From Bacteroidota bacterium (GTDB taxonomy: Bacteria > Bacteroidota > Bacteroidia > UKL13-3): a stretch of 64,000 nucleotides of DNA. The position numbers were made by a program, and so were the translations under genes. The stretch covers positions 42,518 through 106,517 of the forward strand of contig CANHGM010000001.1 of the NCBI GenBank assembly GCA_947460345.1, read 5' to 3'. Shown in pieces: positions 50,325 through 60,284 of the stretch. The notes under the pieces were generated by a model. The model was not told the DNA's origin. It made no database searches and worked only from the letters and a program-made list of their open reading frames with translations. Within the stretch, counting starts at the first letter, position 1. Every line of letters begins with the position of its first letter.

Positions 50325-50852
50325 TTAATTCCCTTTATCCTTAACTATTCTTTTGAAAAGTTCTTCATCAGATTCTACGTCAATGTTTTGCAACAAAATT
50401 GATGCTTGTTCTGACCAAACATTTTTGGGGAATCTATTTATTAACTCTGCCCATACTTGTTTGGCTTTTTCTTTATCTTTTAAGTTCGCATTTAAAATTT
50501 CACCTTTTAAAAACAATGCTGTTGGTATATACTTACTTGATGGATATACTCTGATAAGTTTATCTAATTGAACTAAAGACAGCCTATATCTTTGTTGAGT
50601 AACTTGATAATTGGACGTTTGTAGCAACAGAAACTCTACCATTGAATCTTTAGGATACTTACCTATAAATGCCTCACACTCTCTAATAACTGAATCCATA
50701 TATAAACCTCTACTATTAGATTGCAACATGGAGTCATTCTTAATCATTTGATTAATTTTATTATATGCTTTATCTCTTTGATTTTCTGATTCACATGCCA
50801 TAAAAACAATAAAAAACAGAAATATATAAATAAAATGATAACTTTTTTTCAT
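50325..50852 (-). CDS. TPR-like lipoprotein (hypothetical)
   Basis: Probable start at Met18 (MKKSYHFIYIFLFFIVFMAC|ES lipobox). The body has helical-repeat character (…ALFLKGEILNANLKDKEKAKQVWAELINRFPKN…). Confidence 0.5.
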   Translation of the reverse strand: MKKSYHFIYIFLFFIVFMACESENQRDKAYNKINQMIKNDSMLQSNSRGLYMDSVIRECEAFIGKYPKDSMVEFLLLQTSNYQVTQQRYRLSLVQLDKLIRVYPSSKYIPTALFLKGEILNANLKDKEKAKQVWAELINRFPKNVWSEQASILLQNIDVESDEELFKRIVKDKGN

Positions 50853-50931
50853 GACGGTGCAAATATCGGTTACTATAGTTGATAAACTACTATTTAAACT
50901 CAACTAAACAAAAGTATGCTTGTAATTTTTG

Positions 50932-51960
50932 CTATTTTTTTTCTAAAATCGATTGCAGCAATTCGATTTTTTGGTTTGTTTCATTCCACTCAGATTCTGG
51001 GTCTGACATTGAGTTAATCCCTCCTCCTGCATAATAAGAGATTTGATTTTGTGTTAATTTACAACAACGCAAATTTACATACAAATCTATATTGTGATTG
51101 ATCACAGGTCCAATAAAACCAGCATAAAGTTCTCTATCAAATATTTCTTTCGAAGACAAATAGTTTACTGCTTTTGACTTTGGAAAGCCACTAACGGCCG
51201 GAGTTGGTGAAAGTGAATTAATTAATTGTGCAATTTTATTATTGCTTAGTTCTTGATTGGTAGCATTGGTAAATGTTACTACTAAGTGTTCAATATTACC
51301 CATTGCAATTGATTTAACTTCAGATTGCGAAAAGTCAATATTATTTAAAACCAACAATTCATGAATGTATTCAACAACTTTATTATGTTCTATTATTTCT
51401 TTTTGACCCCAGTTTTCTACCGTGTGCTTTTCCCTTGTTCCGGCTACAGCAACAGTTTGCCATTGCTTATTGCTCGTTTTAAATAAAATTTCTGGACTTG
51501 CACCAAGCCAGTTGCTCCATTTTTTTGATTGGAGAAATGTGATAAATGCGTTGGGGTAACTTTGAAGTAACTCAGTTAAAATCTTACTTATGTCTAAAGG
51601 CTTGTCTATAGATTTATTAAACTTTCGAGCAGTTACTATTTTATCAAATTGATTGTTTTTAATTAAATGAATTGTTTCAATTAAATAAGAAATATAGTCT
51701 GCTTTAGGTTGATTTTTTTCTAAAGTTAGATTTAAGTTTAGAACATCATTAACCTTAATATTGGGTAACTCATAAATACTATATGATTTTTTTTGAGTAG
51801 GATTTAAGACATATAGTTCATTACCGTAAAATGGTTTTATCAAAAAAACATCTTTATCTAAAAATAAATTTAGTTGAGATTGTGAGTAAACACTTATATC
51901 TCCAATCCAATGGTGAAATTTAGATTCTCCTGGTAAACAAAAAAAAACCTGCTCTTGCAA
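50932..51960 (-). CDS. menF: isochorismate synthase-like chorismate-binding enzyme
   Basis: The C-terminal half carries chorismate-utilising enzyme motifs (…PTPAVSGFPKSKAVNYL…RELYAGFIGP…YAGGGI). Assignment to menaquinone rather than siderophore use is an inference from the lack of siderophore genes. Confidence 0.7.
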   Translation of the reverse strand: MQEQVFFCLPGESKFHHWIGDISVYSQSQLNLFLDKDVFLIKPFYGNELYVLNPTQKKSYSIYELPNIKVNDVLNLNLTLEKNQPKADYISYLIETIHLIKNNQFDKIVTARKFNKSIDKPLDISKILTELLQSYPNAFITFLQSKKWSNWLGASPEILFKTSNKQWQTVAVAGTREKHTVENWGQKEIIEHNKVVEYIHELLVLNNIDFSQSEVKSIAMGNIEHLVVTFTNATNQELSNNKIAQLINSLSPTPAVSGFPKSKAVNYLSSKEIFDRELYAGFIGPVINHNIDLYVNLRCCKLTQNQISYYAGGGINSMSDPESEWNETNQKIELLQSILEKK

Positions 51961-51965
51961 AAAAT

Positions 51966-53156
51966 TTAATTTATTACTGCAAGCTCTTTTCCAACTTTAA
52001 CAAAAGCAGCTATAGCTTTATCAATATGATGCCTGTCATGAGCTGCAGATATTTGAACCCTAATACGTGCTTTACCTTGAGCAACAACAGGGTAATAGAA
52101 TCCAATAACATATATACCTTCATCTAATAACTTTTTAGCAAAATTTTGGGATAAAGGTGCATCATATAACATAATAGGCACAATTGGGTGAATGCCAGGT
52201 TTAATGTCAAAACCTGCTTCAGTCATTTTTTCACGAAAGTATAAAGTGTTTTCTTCTAATTTGTCTCTTAGTTCGGTGGTTTCTCTTAACATATCTAAAA
52301 CAGCTATGGACGCACCCACTATACTTGGAGCTAAAGTATTAGAAAAGAGGTATGGACGTGATCTTTGACGTAAAATTTCAATTATTTCTTTTCTACCACT
52401 AGTAAAACCACCTGATGCACCACCTAAAGCTTTTCCTAAAGTACCAGTAATGATATCAAGTTTGCCTATAACATCACAAAGTTCAATGCTTCCTCTGCCT
52501 GTTTTACCAATAAAACCTGAAGCATGGCACTCATCTACCATCACCAACGCTTTATATTTTTCGGCTAAAACAGCAATTTTATCTAATTGGGCAATGGTTC
52601 CATCCATAGAAAAAACGCCATCAGTTACAATAATTCTATTTCTACAGTGTGATGATTCTTTTAATTTAGCTTCCAAATCATCCATGTCATTGTTTTTATA
52701 TCTAAACCTCTGAGCTTTACAAAGTCTAACGCCATCTATTATTGAAGCATGGTTAAGCTCGTCACTTATAATTGCATCTTCTTCATTAAACAGTGGTTCA
52801 AAAACACCGCCATTTGCATCAAAAGCTGCAGCGTAAAGAATGGTATCTTCTGTACCTAAAAATTCAGAGATTTTACGTTCAAGTTCTTTATGTATATCTT
52901 GAGTACCACATATAAATCGAACACTTGACATACCAAATCCATGGCTATCTATAGCTTTATGAGCAGCTTCAATAACTCTTGGATGACTAGATAAACCTAG
53001 GTAATTGTTTGCACAAAAATTAATTACTTCTTTGCCACCTTGAACTTTTATATCAGCCCCTTGAGGGGTAGTAATAATTCTTTCTTCTTTATACAGTCCT
53101 GCATTTTTAATGTTAGCTAGCTCTGTTTCTAATATCGGTTTTAATGTTTCGTACAT
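51966..53156 (-). CDS. kbl: glycine C-acetyltransferase (2-amino-3-ketobutyrate CoA ligase), PLP-dependent
   Basis: 396 aa; Kbl/AONS-family with the PLP-Lys region SFSKAL-like (FSMDGTI… TLGKALGG) and VDECHA. Confidence 0.88.
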   Translation of the reverse strand: MYETLKPILETELANIKNAGLYKEERIITTPQGADIKVQGGKEVINFCANNYLGLSSHPRVIEAAHKAIDSHGFGMSSVRFICGTQDIHKELERKISEFLGTEDTILYAAAFDANGGVFEPLFNEEDAIISDELNHASIIDGVRLCKAQRFRYKNNDMDDLEAKLKESSHCRNRIIVTDGVFSMDGTIAQLDKIAVLAEKYKALVMVDECHASGFIGKTGRGSIELCDVIGKLDIITGTLGKALGGASGGFTSGRKEIIEILRQRSRPYLFSNTLAPSIVGASIAVLDMLRETTELRDKLEENTLYFREKMTEAGFDIKPGIHPIVPIMLYDAPLSQNFAKKLLDEGIYVIGFYYPVVAQGKARIRVQISAAHDRHHIDKAIAAFVKVGKELAVIN

Positions 53157-53269
53157 GTTTGTAAATTTTCGGGCAAACTTATTACATACATTTAAAATTG
53201 AGCAATATTTTTAATTTTTTTAGTTGTTGTTTTGCAACAAATTGATTTAAAACCTAATCATGATAATAT

Positions 53270-54853
53270 ATGAAAAAGAATAAGTGGTGTTTAATACTCT
53301 TAGTACTCATCACTTTTGAGGCTATTAGTCAAACAAGACAAAGCTATTTGGTTTGGTTTAAAAGTTCTGCACATGAAAATAAATTTATTGCAGATTTTGA
53401 AAATAAATTCATTCAGGCAAAAAAAATAAACCCCAACCATTTGATTTGGAAAATACAATTTGACGAAGAACAAGTCATTTCAAAATATACAAATGATACT
53501 AACATCAAATTTATACAAACCAATCATCAAGTATCATTAAGAAACAAAACCCCGAATGATCCAGATTTTTCTAAACAGTATCACTTACTTAATAACGGAC
53601 AAAATGGTGGTAAAATAAATAGTGATATAAAAGCATCAGAAGCATGGTCTTATTACACTGGTGGTAATAGTTATAAAGGCGATACCATTGTTGTGGCTAT
53701 AGTAGATGCTGGTTGTGATATAGAACACGAGGATTTGAAGGAAAATATATATATAAATTATCGAGAAATACCTAATGATGGAATTGACAATGATACTAAT
53801 GGATATATAGATGACTATAAAGGATATAATGTTGTAACTAATTCAGGTAATATTTCTAAAGCCAACCACGGTACTTTTATAGCAGGCATTATAGGAGCAA
53901 AAGGGAATAACAACCTAGGGATAGCTGGTATAAATTGGAATATAAAAATGCTACCAATTGAAGCCAATACTGGAGATGAAGCTGGAGTGGTAGCTGCATA
54001 TTTATATATTTATGACCAAAGAAAATTATATAACCAATCAAATGGAAAAAAAGGTTCTTTTATAGTAGCATCAAATTCTTCATTTGGAGTTTTTCAAGTA
54101 AAAGTATCTGATTTTCCTATCTGGTGTGCTATGTATGATACTTTAGGCAAAGTGGGTGTGCTAAGTGTAGGAGCCACTATAAATAATTATTTAGATATAG
54201 GAAATTATGGAGATGTACCATCGATGTGTGCTTCTAACTTTTTAATAATGGCTACCAATAGCGATAAAAATGACGAGCTAAATGCTGCTGGTTACAGCAA
54301 ACAATATATTGACTTATCAGCTCCAGCAACAGATATTTTTTCTACAGAAACAAACAACACATATGATTATTGGTCAGGAACTTCTTTTGCTGCACCACAA
54401 ATAGTAGCAACTGCAGCCTTGTTATACCATGTTCCTTGTTCTGTATTTTCATATATTTATTCTAACTTCCCAGACTCAGCAGCCTTACTTATTAAAAACT
54501 ATATATTAAATGGAGTTGATACAATTGCATCGCATCAAAACAAAACATTAAGTGGAGGTAGATTAAATATTTTTAATTCTATTCAATTACTAGAGCAGAA
54601 AAACTGTTACCAGTTAAAAATAAATAATATTTCAGACAACAACACCAATTTTATATATCCTAATCCGGCAAATAATATATTGTATATAATTTATTCAGAA
54701 ACAGAAAAAAATCGACTTGTTTCATTGATAGATATTTCAGGAAAAACTATATTACAAACAGATTTAGGGTTTATTGATGTCAGTTCATTTGCCAATGGCA
54801 TATATTTTATAAAAATAGGACAGGTATATAAAAAAATTATGATACAACATTGA
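53270..54853 (+). CDS. subtilisin-like serine protease (S8) with T9SS C-terminal sorting domain
   Basis: Signal peptide; catalytic Asp (VAIVDAGCD), His (NHGTFIAGII), Ser (GTSFAAPQI). The C-terminal IYPNPANNILYIIYSETEKNRLVSLIDISGKTILQTDLGFIDVSSFANGIYFIKIGQVYKKIMIQH is a type A CTD. Confidence 0.85.
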   Translation: MKKNKWCLILLVLITFEAISQTRQSYLVWFKSSAHENKFIADFENKFIQAKKINPNHLIWKIQFDEEQVISKYTNDTNIKFIQTNHQVSLRNKTPNDPDFSKQYHLLNNGQNGGKINSDIKASEAWSYYTGGNSYKGDTIVVAIVDAGCDIEHEDLKENIYINYREIPNDGIDNDTNGYIDDYKGYNVVTNSGNISKANHGTFIAGIIGAKGNNNLGIAGINWNIKMLPIEANTGDEAGVVAAYLYIYDQRKLYNQSNGKKGSFIVASNSSFGVFQVKVSDFPIWCAMYDTLGKVGVLSVGATINNYLDIGNYGDVPSMCASNFLIMATNSDKNDELNAAGYSKQYIDLSAPATDIFSTETNNTYDYWSGTSFAAPQIVATAALLYHVPCSVFSYIYSNFPDSAALLIKNYILNGVDTIASHQNKTLSGGRLNIFNSIQLLEQKNCYQLKINNISDNNTNFIYPNPANNILYIIYSETEKNRLVSLIDISGKTILQTDLGFIDVSSFANGIYFIKIGQVYKKIMIQH

Positions 54854-54929
54854 TATCGTTTTAGCTTATATGCATAAGCGTTACTTAATTTTACTCTTAA
54901 TATATACAATTAAAGTTTTAAATTGTATT

Positions 54930-55523
54930 TCGCAAAGCCAAGATGTAAATGACAATTTAGAAAAGTTAATTTCAAAAACATCCCTGATAGAACTAGAATT
55001 AAGATTTTGGGTGACTTGGCATGAAACTATTCTTTTATAGACCCCAAAAAAGCTATGAAATTTGCAAATGAAGAACTTAAATTATCAATAAAAGCCAACG
55101 ATAATACCGCAATGGGTCAAGCATAAAGCAATTTAGGTTTGATATATTCTAGAATAAAAGTAATGAATGCTTTATTGAAGAGTGGTTTAGCCTTAGCTGT
55201 TAAAGAATTCTTGGATAAAATTGATTCAATCAAAATAAAAATACATTTGAGTCAATTAGTGTATATATTGACCCTAAATGGAGTTATATAAATTAAATTC
55301 CGTGTCCAATTAATTGCATTTAAGACAATTAATTAAAGATAAAAAAGAAATTACGGCTACTATAAAAAATAATGGGAAAAGATTTGATACGAATGAAATA
55401 TCAAAATTTGAAGGCATTGGATTAAAAAACATGATAAATAGGGTGCAGTTTCTGAAAGGTAATATTAAGTTTGACTCCACCTTAGGCAAGGGAACTTTTA
55501 TGCATATTTCAATTCCATTGTAA
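54930..55523 (+). pseudogene. decayed remnant of a TPR-domain sensor histidine kinase (nonsense- and frameshift-interrupted, with internal deletions)
   Basis: In-frame reading gives …MKFANEELKLSIKANDNTAMGQA*SNLGLIYSRIKVMNALLKSGLALAVKEF…, a TPR consensus AxxxxNLGxxY interrupted by TAA where Tyr is expected. 55314-55523 encodes an intact HATPase_c C-terminal tail (GIGLKNMINRVQFLKGNIKFDSTLGKGTFMHISIPL). The total length is far too short for a complete kinase. Confidence 0.6.
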
Positions 55524-55545
55524 TTATTAAAAACCAATTAAAATA

Positions 55546-55580
55546 AAAATCCAAGCACCTAATCGGCACTTGGATTTTTA
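55546..55580. terminator. hairpin terminator between the kinase remnant (+) and the CTD-protein gene (-)
   Basis: AAAAATCCAAG…CTTGGATTTTT inverted repeat with A-run/T-run flanks, which is bidirectional in form. Confidence 0.5.
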
Positions 55581-55599
55581 TTTATATGATTATTAAATT

Positions 55600-56766
55600 T
55601 TAGTGAGAAACAACAGTCTTTAAAACTGAACTTCCATTTTCTCCACTTATTAAAATTGTATATATTCCATTTGAATAATGAGATAAATTGATTGGAATAT
55701 TTAATTCTTTACCTTGTATATATATTTTCTCAGTTACTGCACCTTTCATATCAACTATTTGAATCATGAATTTATCGAATTGATTGTTTTGAATCATTAA
55801 ATTGAATATTCCGTTTGAAGGATTTGGTTGAATGGCAGCTTGGTATGTGCTATTTATAGACCATATACCTGAGTTTGATGTTGAATCAGAGAACATAGAC
55901 CAACATCCATTAGAATCTTGATAAGAACATTGATAGTATCCATTAGGTCCTGAAATGATTGTGTCTTTCCCATTATAAGTAGTATCAATTACACCATTAT
56001 ATTTCCATATATAGTTTTTACCTTTTGTATTACAAACTAATCTTGCAATACCAATGTTTTTAACTGTAGGTTTAGTAAGAGGTAGTGATACATTTATTGT
56101 GATAGTTCTTGAGCTATCAGTACAACCAGTAGTATCAATTAGCACAGCTCTATAGTCTCCTGATGTAGTAACTTGAATTGAAGCAATAGAGTCAGAAAGC
56201 TTAATATTATTCTTAAACCAATTAAATTTACCATTTCCAAAAGCAGTAAGCGAGGTAGTATCTCTATCACACAATGAACTATCTAAAGTAGAAATTCCGG
56301 TTTTGATACTACAAACACCTATCATAAAATTTACAGAAGAATCTTCAATAGTATATACTTGAGCACCAAAAGGTGTTTGGATATATCCATCAAGCTCTAC
56401 ATGTATTTTATAGCTTCCAGCACTTCCTTTTGGAGCAACACCTTTAATGGTAAAGCATCCTTGGAATTTATTGCTAGCGTTTGGTACATATAAACAAGAA
56501 GTAATTCCACAAGAGTAATTAAAATTAGTTCCTGGGAACCCGTAAACAGCTTTAACTTTCATACTATCTATATGAATGTTTTGGGTCATGTAAACAGTAT
56601 CAGCAGGTATTGTAAAATCAATTTCTTGGGTGTATTGTACCAACTCAAAAGCATCAGCTAATTGTGTTGGGTACACTCCAGTACCTGCGTAGGTTTTGCT
56701 ACATTGCGAGTAGCCATTGGCAATTGAGACTATGCTCAATAAAAATAGAATTGTAAATTTTTTCAT
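55600..56766 (-). CDS. secreted cysteine-rich protein with T9SS C-terminal sorting domain (hypothetical cargo)
   Basis: Signal MKKFTILFLLSIVSIANGYSQ and 16 Cys in the body. The C-terminal IQPNPSNGIFNLMIQNNQFDKFMIQIVDMKGAVTEKIYIQGKELNIPINLSHYSNGIYTILISGENGSSVLKTVVSH is a type A CTD. Confidence 0.7.
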   Translation of the reverse strand: MKKFTILFLLSIVSIANGYSQCSKTYAGTGVYPTQLADAFELVQYTQEIDFTIPADTVYMTQNIHIDSMKVKAVYGFPGTNFNYSCGITSCLYVPNASNKFQGCFTIKGVAPKGSAGSYKIHVELDGYIQTPFGAQVYTIEDSSVNFMIGVCSIKTGISTLDSSLCDRDTTSLTAFGNGKFNWFKNNIKLSDSIASIQVTTSGDYRAVLIDTTGCTDSSRTITINVSLPLTKPTVKNIGIARLVCNTKGKNYIWKYNGVIDTTYNGKDTIISGPNGYYQCSYQDSNGCWSMFSDSTSNSGIWSINSTYQAAIQPNPSNGIFNLMIQNNQFDKFMIQIVDMKGAVTEKIYIQGKELNIPINLSHYSNGIYTILISGENGSSVLKTVVSH

Positions 56767-56812
56767 TTGTATAAATTAGAATTACAAAAGTATATAAAAA
56801 AACTAACTGATT

Positions 56813-56848
56813 GAAAAAAAATGCCCAACTAACAGTTGAGCATTTTTA
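56813..56848 (-). terminator. rho-independent terminator of the DUF2723 gene
   Basis: AAAATGCCCAACTaacAGTTGAGCATTTT (12/13 bp stem). On the minus strand it is followed by an 8-T run, about 20 nt after the stop. Confidence 0.55.
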
Positions 56849-56869
56849 ATATTTTGAATCAATGTTGAA

Positions 56870-59800
56870 TTAACGAGCTGTATTTTGTTGTTTAGCAACT
56901 CTCTCAATTTCTTCTTGAGAAGGTTTTTGAGAATTGAAATTTTCGTATTGTTTTATAATTTGTTGGCTAGTATTAAGTATATATTGTTCCATTTGCATTT
57001 CACTACTTACACCATTTGCATTATTACCAGTAAACTTGTTATAATATTCGATATTTGTTTGAGCAGTTTTAACCATTTGATCAAGAATAGCTTTACCTTT
57101 TTCTTTTGCACCAGCCATAAAATAACTTTGAGCAATTCTCAAAGCACCGTAGTCGAATGGAACATTTTTAGCTGGCATTTCAGCCATACATTTATCAAGA
57201 ACTTCAATTGCTTTTTCTTTATTACCTTCATCAACTAGAGCATTAGACAAACGGCAAAAAACATTTCTTAAATTTCTGGTTTGACGCATGGTGGTTTCAT
57301 CAATGTATATACCATCTTTATTCATGCCTCCAAACTTCCATTTTTTCATAACAGTATTGTAAAGTTTATCAGTATTAATATGTCCGATTTCTCTTCCATG
57401 TTCTTCATCATTTGGTGTGAATATAGGAACCAATCTATAGCACAAACCATCTAATTGAAAATAACTTTGCATGTTTATATAAGCGTCACTTCCAGTAGTA
57501 ATAGTAAAGTAAACTGGTCTTGTCCAATTATTGTTAGCTATATAATCCAAAACAATCATGTCGTTTTTATATAATGCTTTTTTACCAAGCTCAAATCTTA
57601 ATCTATCAAGCATCAAACCTTGGTCTTTAGGTTCAATTACTTTATTTTTGATACAAGCGTCTTTATCAACACCAATACTTAATTTAGTTGTAGGCCAATA
57701 GTAATCTAATTTACCACTTCCACCCCAAGCTGACATATTGGTACCATCTTCACGAGCTACAAAATCAATTACTTTTTTAAGGTCTACAAATTCAGTATCA
57801 GAAGCACCTAGAGATGCTGCACCCATATTGGTTAAAATTGGCATATAATCTCTTTTGCCTTGAACATATTGTTCTGATTTAAGTTCGAGATTTATTGGAC
57901 CTGATTTATATGTAGCACGCTTCATGACATCGGCATACCAATCTGTGTTTAAAAGCGATAAGTTAATAACTCTAACATCTGTTCTAATGCCTTCGACATT
58001 TTGAGCATACCACAATGGATAAGTATCGTTATCTCCGTTTGTGAAAAGCACTGCATTGCTATCACAAGATTCTAAATAATCAACAGCAAAATCTAAACAA
58101 GTAGTTCTACCACTTCTGTTATGATCATCCCAGTTTTGAGAAGCAATTAACACAGGAGAAGCCATAATTGCAACTGCTGTAATTCCAACTGCAGCTGTAG
58201 TTTTATTCATTTTCTTATTTAAAAAGTCATATATAGCTAATACACCTAATCCAACCCAAACACAAAAATATTGATATGAGCCTACATATGCATAATCACG
58301 CTCACGAGGTTGAAGTGGAGGAAAATTCAAGTAGAATATAATAAAAATACCTGTGAACAAAAACAGGAGCATGATCACAAAGAAGTCTTTTTGTTGTCTA
58401 CTTAAATGAAAACCAAAACCTAGCAATCCTAATATAAGAGGCAAGAAATAATAGGTGTTTCTACCTTTATTGTTTGTTAAATCTTCAGGTATATTATCTT
58501 GAGGACCTAACCATATTTTATCTACAGCAGATATACCCGAAAGTACTTTGCCATGAGTTAGTTCACCATGACCTTGGATATCATTTTGACGACCAACAAA
58601 ATTCCATAAGAAATATCTCCAATACATAAAACCTAATTGGTAAGAAAACAAGAAATGCATGTTTTGCTTAAACTTAGGTTTTTGTCCATCAGCTAATTTT
58701 TCCCATTGCTTATAAGCTTGAACATGGTCTTCTCTGCTGCTATACATACGTGGGAAATAAGAAATATCAGAAGGGTCATATTCATAATCAAACTTAGGAG
58801 TGGTTTTTTCATATTTTTGTTCACCTCTTCTATATTGCATAGCACCTTCAACTACTTTTACAGGTTGAGCAGTAAAGTTTTGACCTTTAAAAAGTGGTCT
58901 ATCTCCATATTGTTCTCTGTTAAGATATGAAAGTAAGGTAATAGGGTCTTCGCAATTTTGGTGATCTAAAGGCACTTGAGCCATAGATCTGACGATAAGC
59001 ATGGTATAGCTTGAATAGCCAATAGAGATAAAAGCAGTTCCAAGAATAAGGGTATGCATTAATACTCTACCATTTTTTCTAGCCCATTTTAAACCAAAAT
59101 AAACTGAAGAAACTATAACGGCTAAAAGTACTGCAAATCCAGAATTAAACGGTAAACCAAATTTATTTACTAAGAATAAGTCAGATTTTGCAGCTAACCA
59201 AGGGTAACCAGGAATAACAATATATTGTACGAAGATTACTCCACCAAAAGCAGCAGCTAAGGCACCCAAAAAATTAGAACGGGTTACTTCATGTTTTCTA
59301 AAGTAATATACAAAAACAATTGCTGGTATAACCAACAAATTCAGTAGATGGACACCTATTGCCAAACCAATGAAATAACAAATAAGAATCAACCATTTAT
59401 CGCCATAAGGTGTGTCAGCTCTATTTTCCCATTTAAGAATGGCCCAAAAGGTGACAGCAGTAAAAAAACAAGAAGATGCATATACTTCAGCTTCAACAGC
59501 TGAAAACCAAAACGTATCAATAAAAGTTAAAGTTAAAGAGCCAACTAAACCAGCACCAATAATAGCAATTAGATTTCCACCAGTAACTTCTTCATTTTTA
59601 GGAGCCAATATTTTTCTGCCTAAATGCGTGATTGTCCAAAACATAAACAAACAAGTAAGAGCACTTGTAGTAGCTGAAAGCATATTCATCCAAAAAGCAA
59701 CTTTACTTTGGTCGCCAAAAGCTAATAGAGTAAATACTTTACCAATTAACAAAAACATAGGTGCCCCTGGTGGATGCACTACTTGAAGTTTATCAGCGGC

Positions 59801-59923
59801 TGATAAAAACTCGCCACAGTCCCAAAAACTTGCTGTGGGTTCTAGTGTTAAAGTGTAAACTACTAATGAAATCAGGAAGACAAGCCAGCCTGTTACATTA
59901 TTTATTAATTTGAATTGTTTCAT
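56870..59923 (-). CDS. DUF2723-family large polytopic membrane protein (GT-C-like putative glycosyltransferase; TMEM260-like) with C-terminal TPR-like soluble domain
   Basis: 1017 aa. The first TM helices are followed by EPTASFWDCGEF and an HPPGAPMF loop typical of DUF2723. Multiple TM bundles are separated by large periplasmic loops, and the C-terminal 250 aa are helical-repeat-like. Confidence 0.65.
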   Translation of the reverse strand: MKQFKLINNVTGWLVFLISLVVYTLTLEPTASFWDCGEFLSAADKLQVVHPPGAPMFLLIGKVFTLLAFGDQSKVAFWMNMLSATTSALTCLFMFWTITHLGRKILAPKNEEVTGGNLIAIIGAGLVGSLTLTFIDTFWFSAVEAEVYASSCFFTAVTFWAILKWENRADTPYGDKWLILICYFIGLAIGVHLLNLLVIPAIVFVYYFRKHEVTRSNFLGALAAAFGGVIFVQYIVIPGYPWLAAKSDLFLVNKFGLPFNSGFAVLLAVIVSSVYFGLKWARKNGRVLMHTLILGTAFISIGYSSYTMLIVRSMAQVPLDHQNCEDPITLLSYLNREQYGDRPLFKGQNFTAQPVKVVEGAMQYRRGEQKYEKTTPKFDYEYDPSDISYFPRMYSSREDHVQAYKQWEKLADGQKPKFKQNMHFLFSYQLGFMYWRYFLWNFVGRQNDIQGHGELTHGKVLSGISAVDKIWLGPQDNIPEDLTNNKGRNTYYFLPLILGLLGFGFHLSRQQKDFFVIMLLFLFTGIFIIFYLNFPPLQPRERDYAYVGSYQYFCVWVGLGVLAIYDFLNKKMNKTTAAVGITAVAIMASPVLIASQNWDDHNRSGRTTCLDFAVDYLESCDSNAVLFTNGDNDTYPLWYAQNVEGIRTDVRVINLSLLNTDWYADVMKRATYKSGPINLELKSEQYVQGKRDYMPILTNMGAASLGASDTEFVDLKKVIDFVAREDGTNMSAWGGSGKLDYYWPTTKLSIGVDKDACIKNKVIEPKDQGLMLDRLRFELGKKALYKNDMIVLDYIANNNWTRPVYFTITTGSDAYINMQSYFQLDGLCYRLVPIFTPNDEEHGREIGHINTDKLYNTVMKKWKFGGMNKDGIYIDETTMRQTRNLRNVFCRLSNALVDEGNKEKAIEVLDKCMAEMPAKNVPFDYGALRIAQSYFMAGAKEKGKAILDQMVKTAQTNIEYYNKFTGNNANGVSSEMQMEQYILNTSQQIIKQYENFNSQKPSQEEIERVAKQQNTAR

Positions 59924-60137
59924 ATGACTATTGTTGTGAAATACTTAATTTAATATTGATGACTTTTGAATGTTATGCAAACGGCAAAAATAAGACTTGA
60001 AACTGAAATACAAGACAGTAAGGAAAATGTTTATGAATAATTATATTTTTTTGTTTCTTCCTAAAAATAAATAAACTTTATGTTTTAGGGTTAAATCTCT
60101 GTTTTACAATACAATTAGACAAAATCTCAAACAGCAA

Positions 60138-60202
60138 ATTGACAAATAAATCAAAAAAAACTCATATCAGACAACTTTATCCGAAGATTTGTTGTCAATT
60201 GT
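60138..60202. promoter_or_regulatory. inverted repeat AAATTGACAA … TTGTCAATT (about 47-bp spacing) upstream of the second Cys-rich surface-protein gene, a candidate operator pair
   Basis: Seen directly; the arms are 9-10 bp. It lies 85-150 bp upstream of the ATG at 60285. Confidence 0.3.
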
Positions 60203-60284
60203 GAAAGGATGAAATGAAAATTTGGTTTTTCCACTTTTTATCCTCAAATTTGAACTTTGGATATTTATCACTAATCGAACAAGA

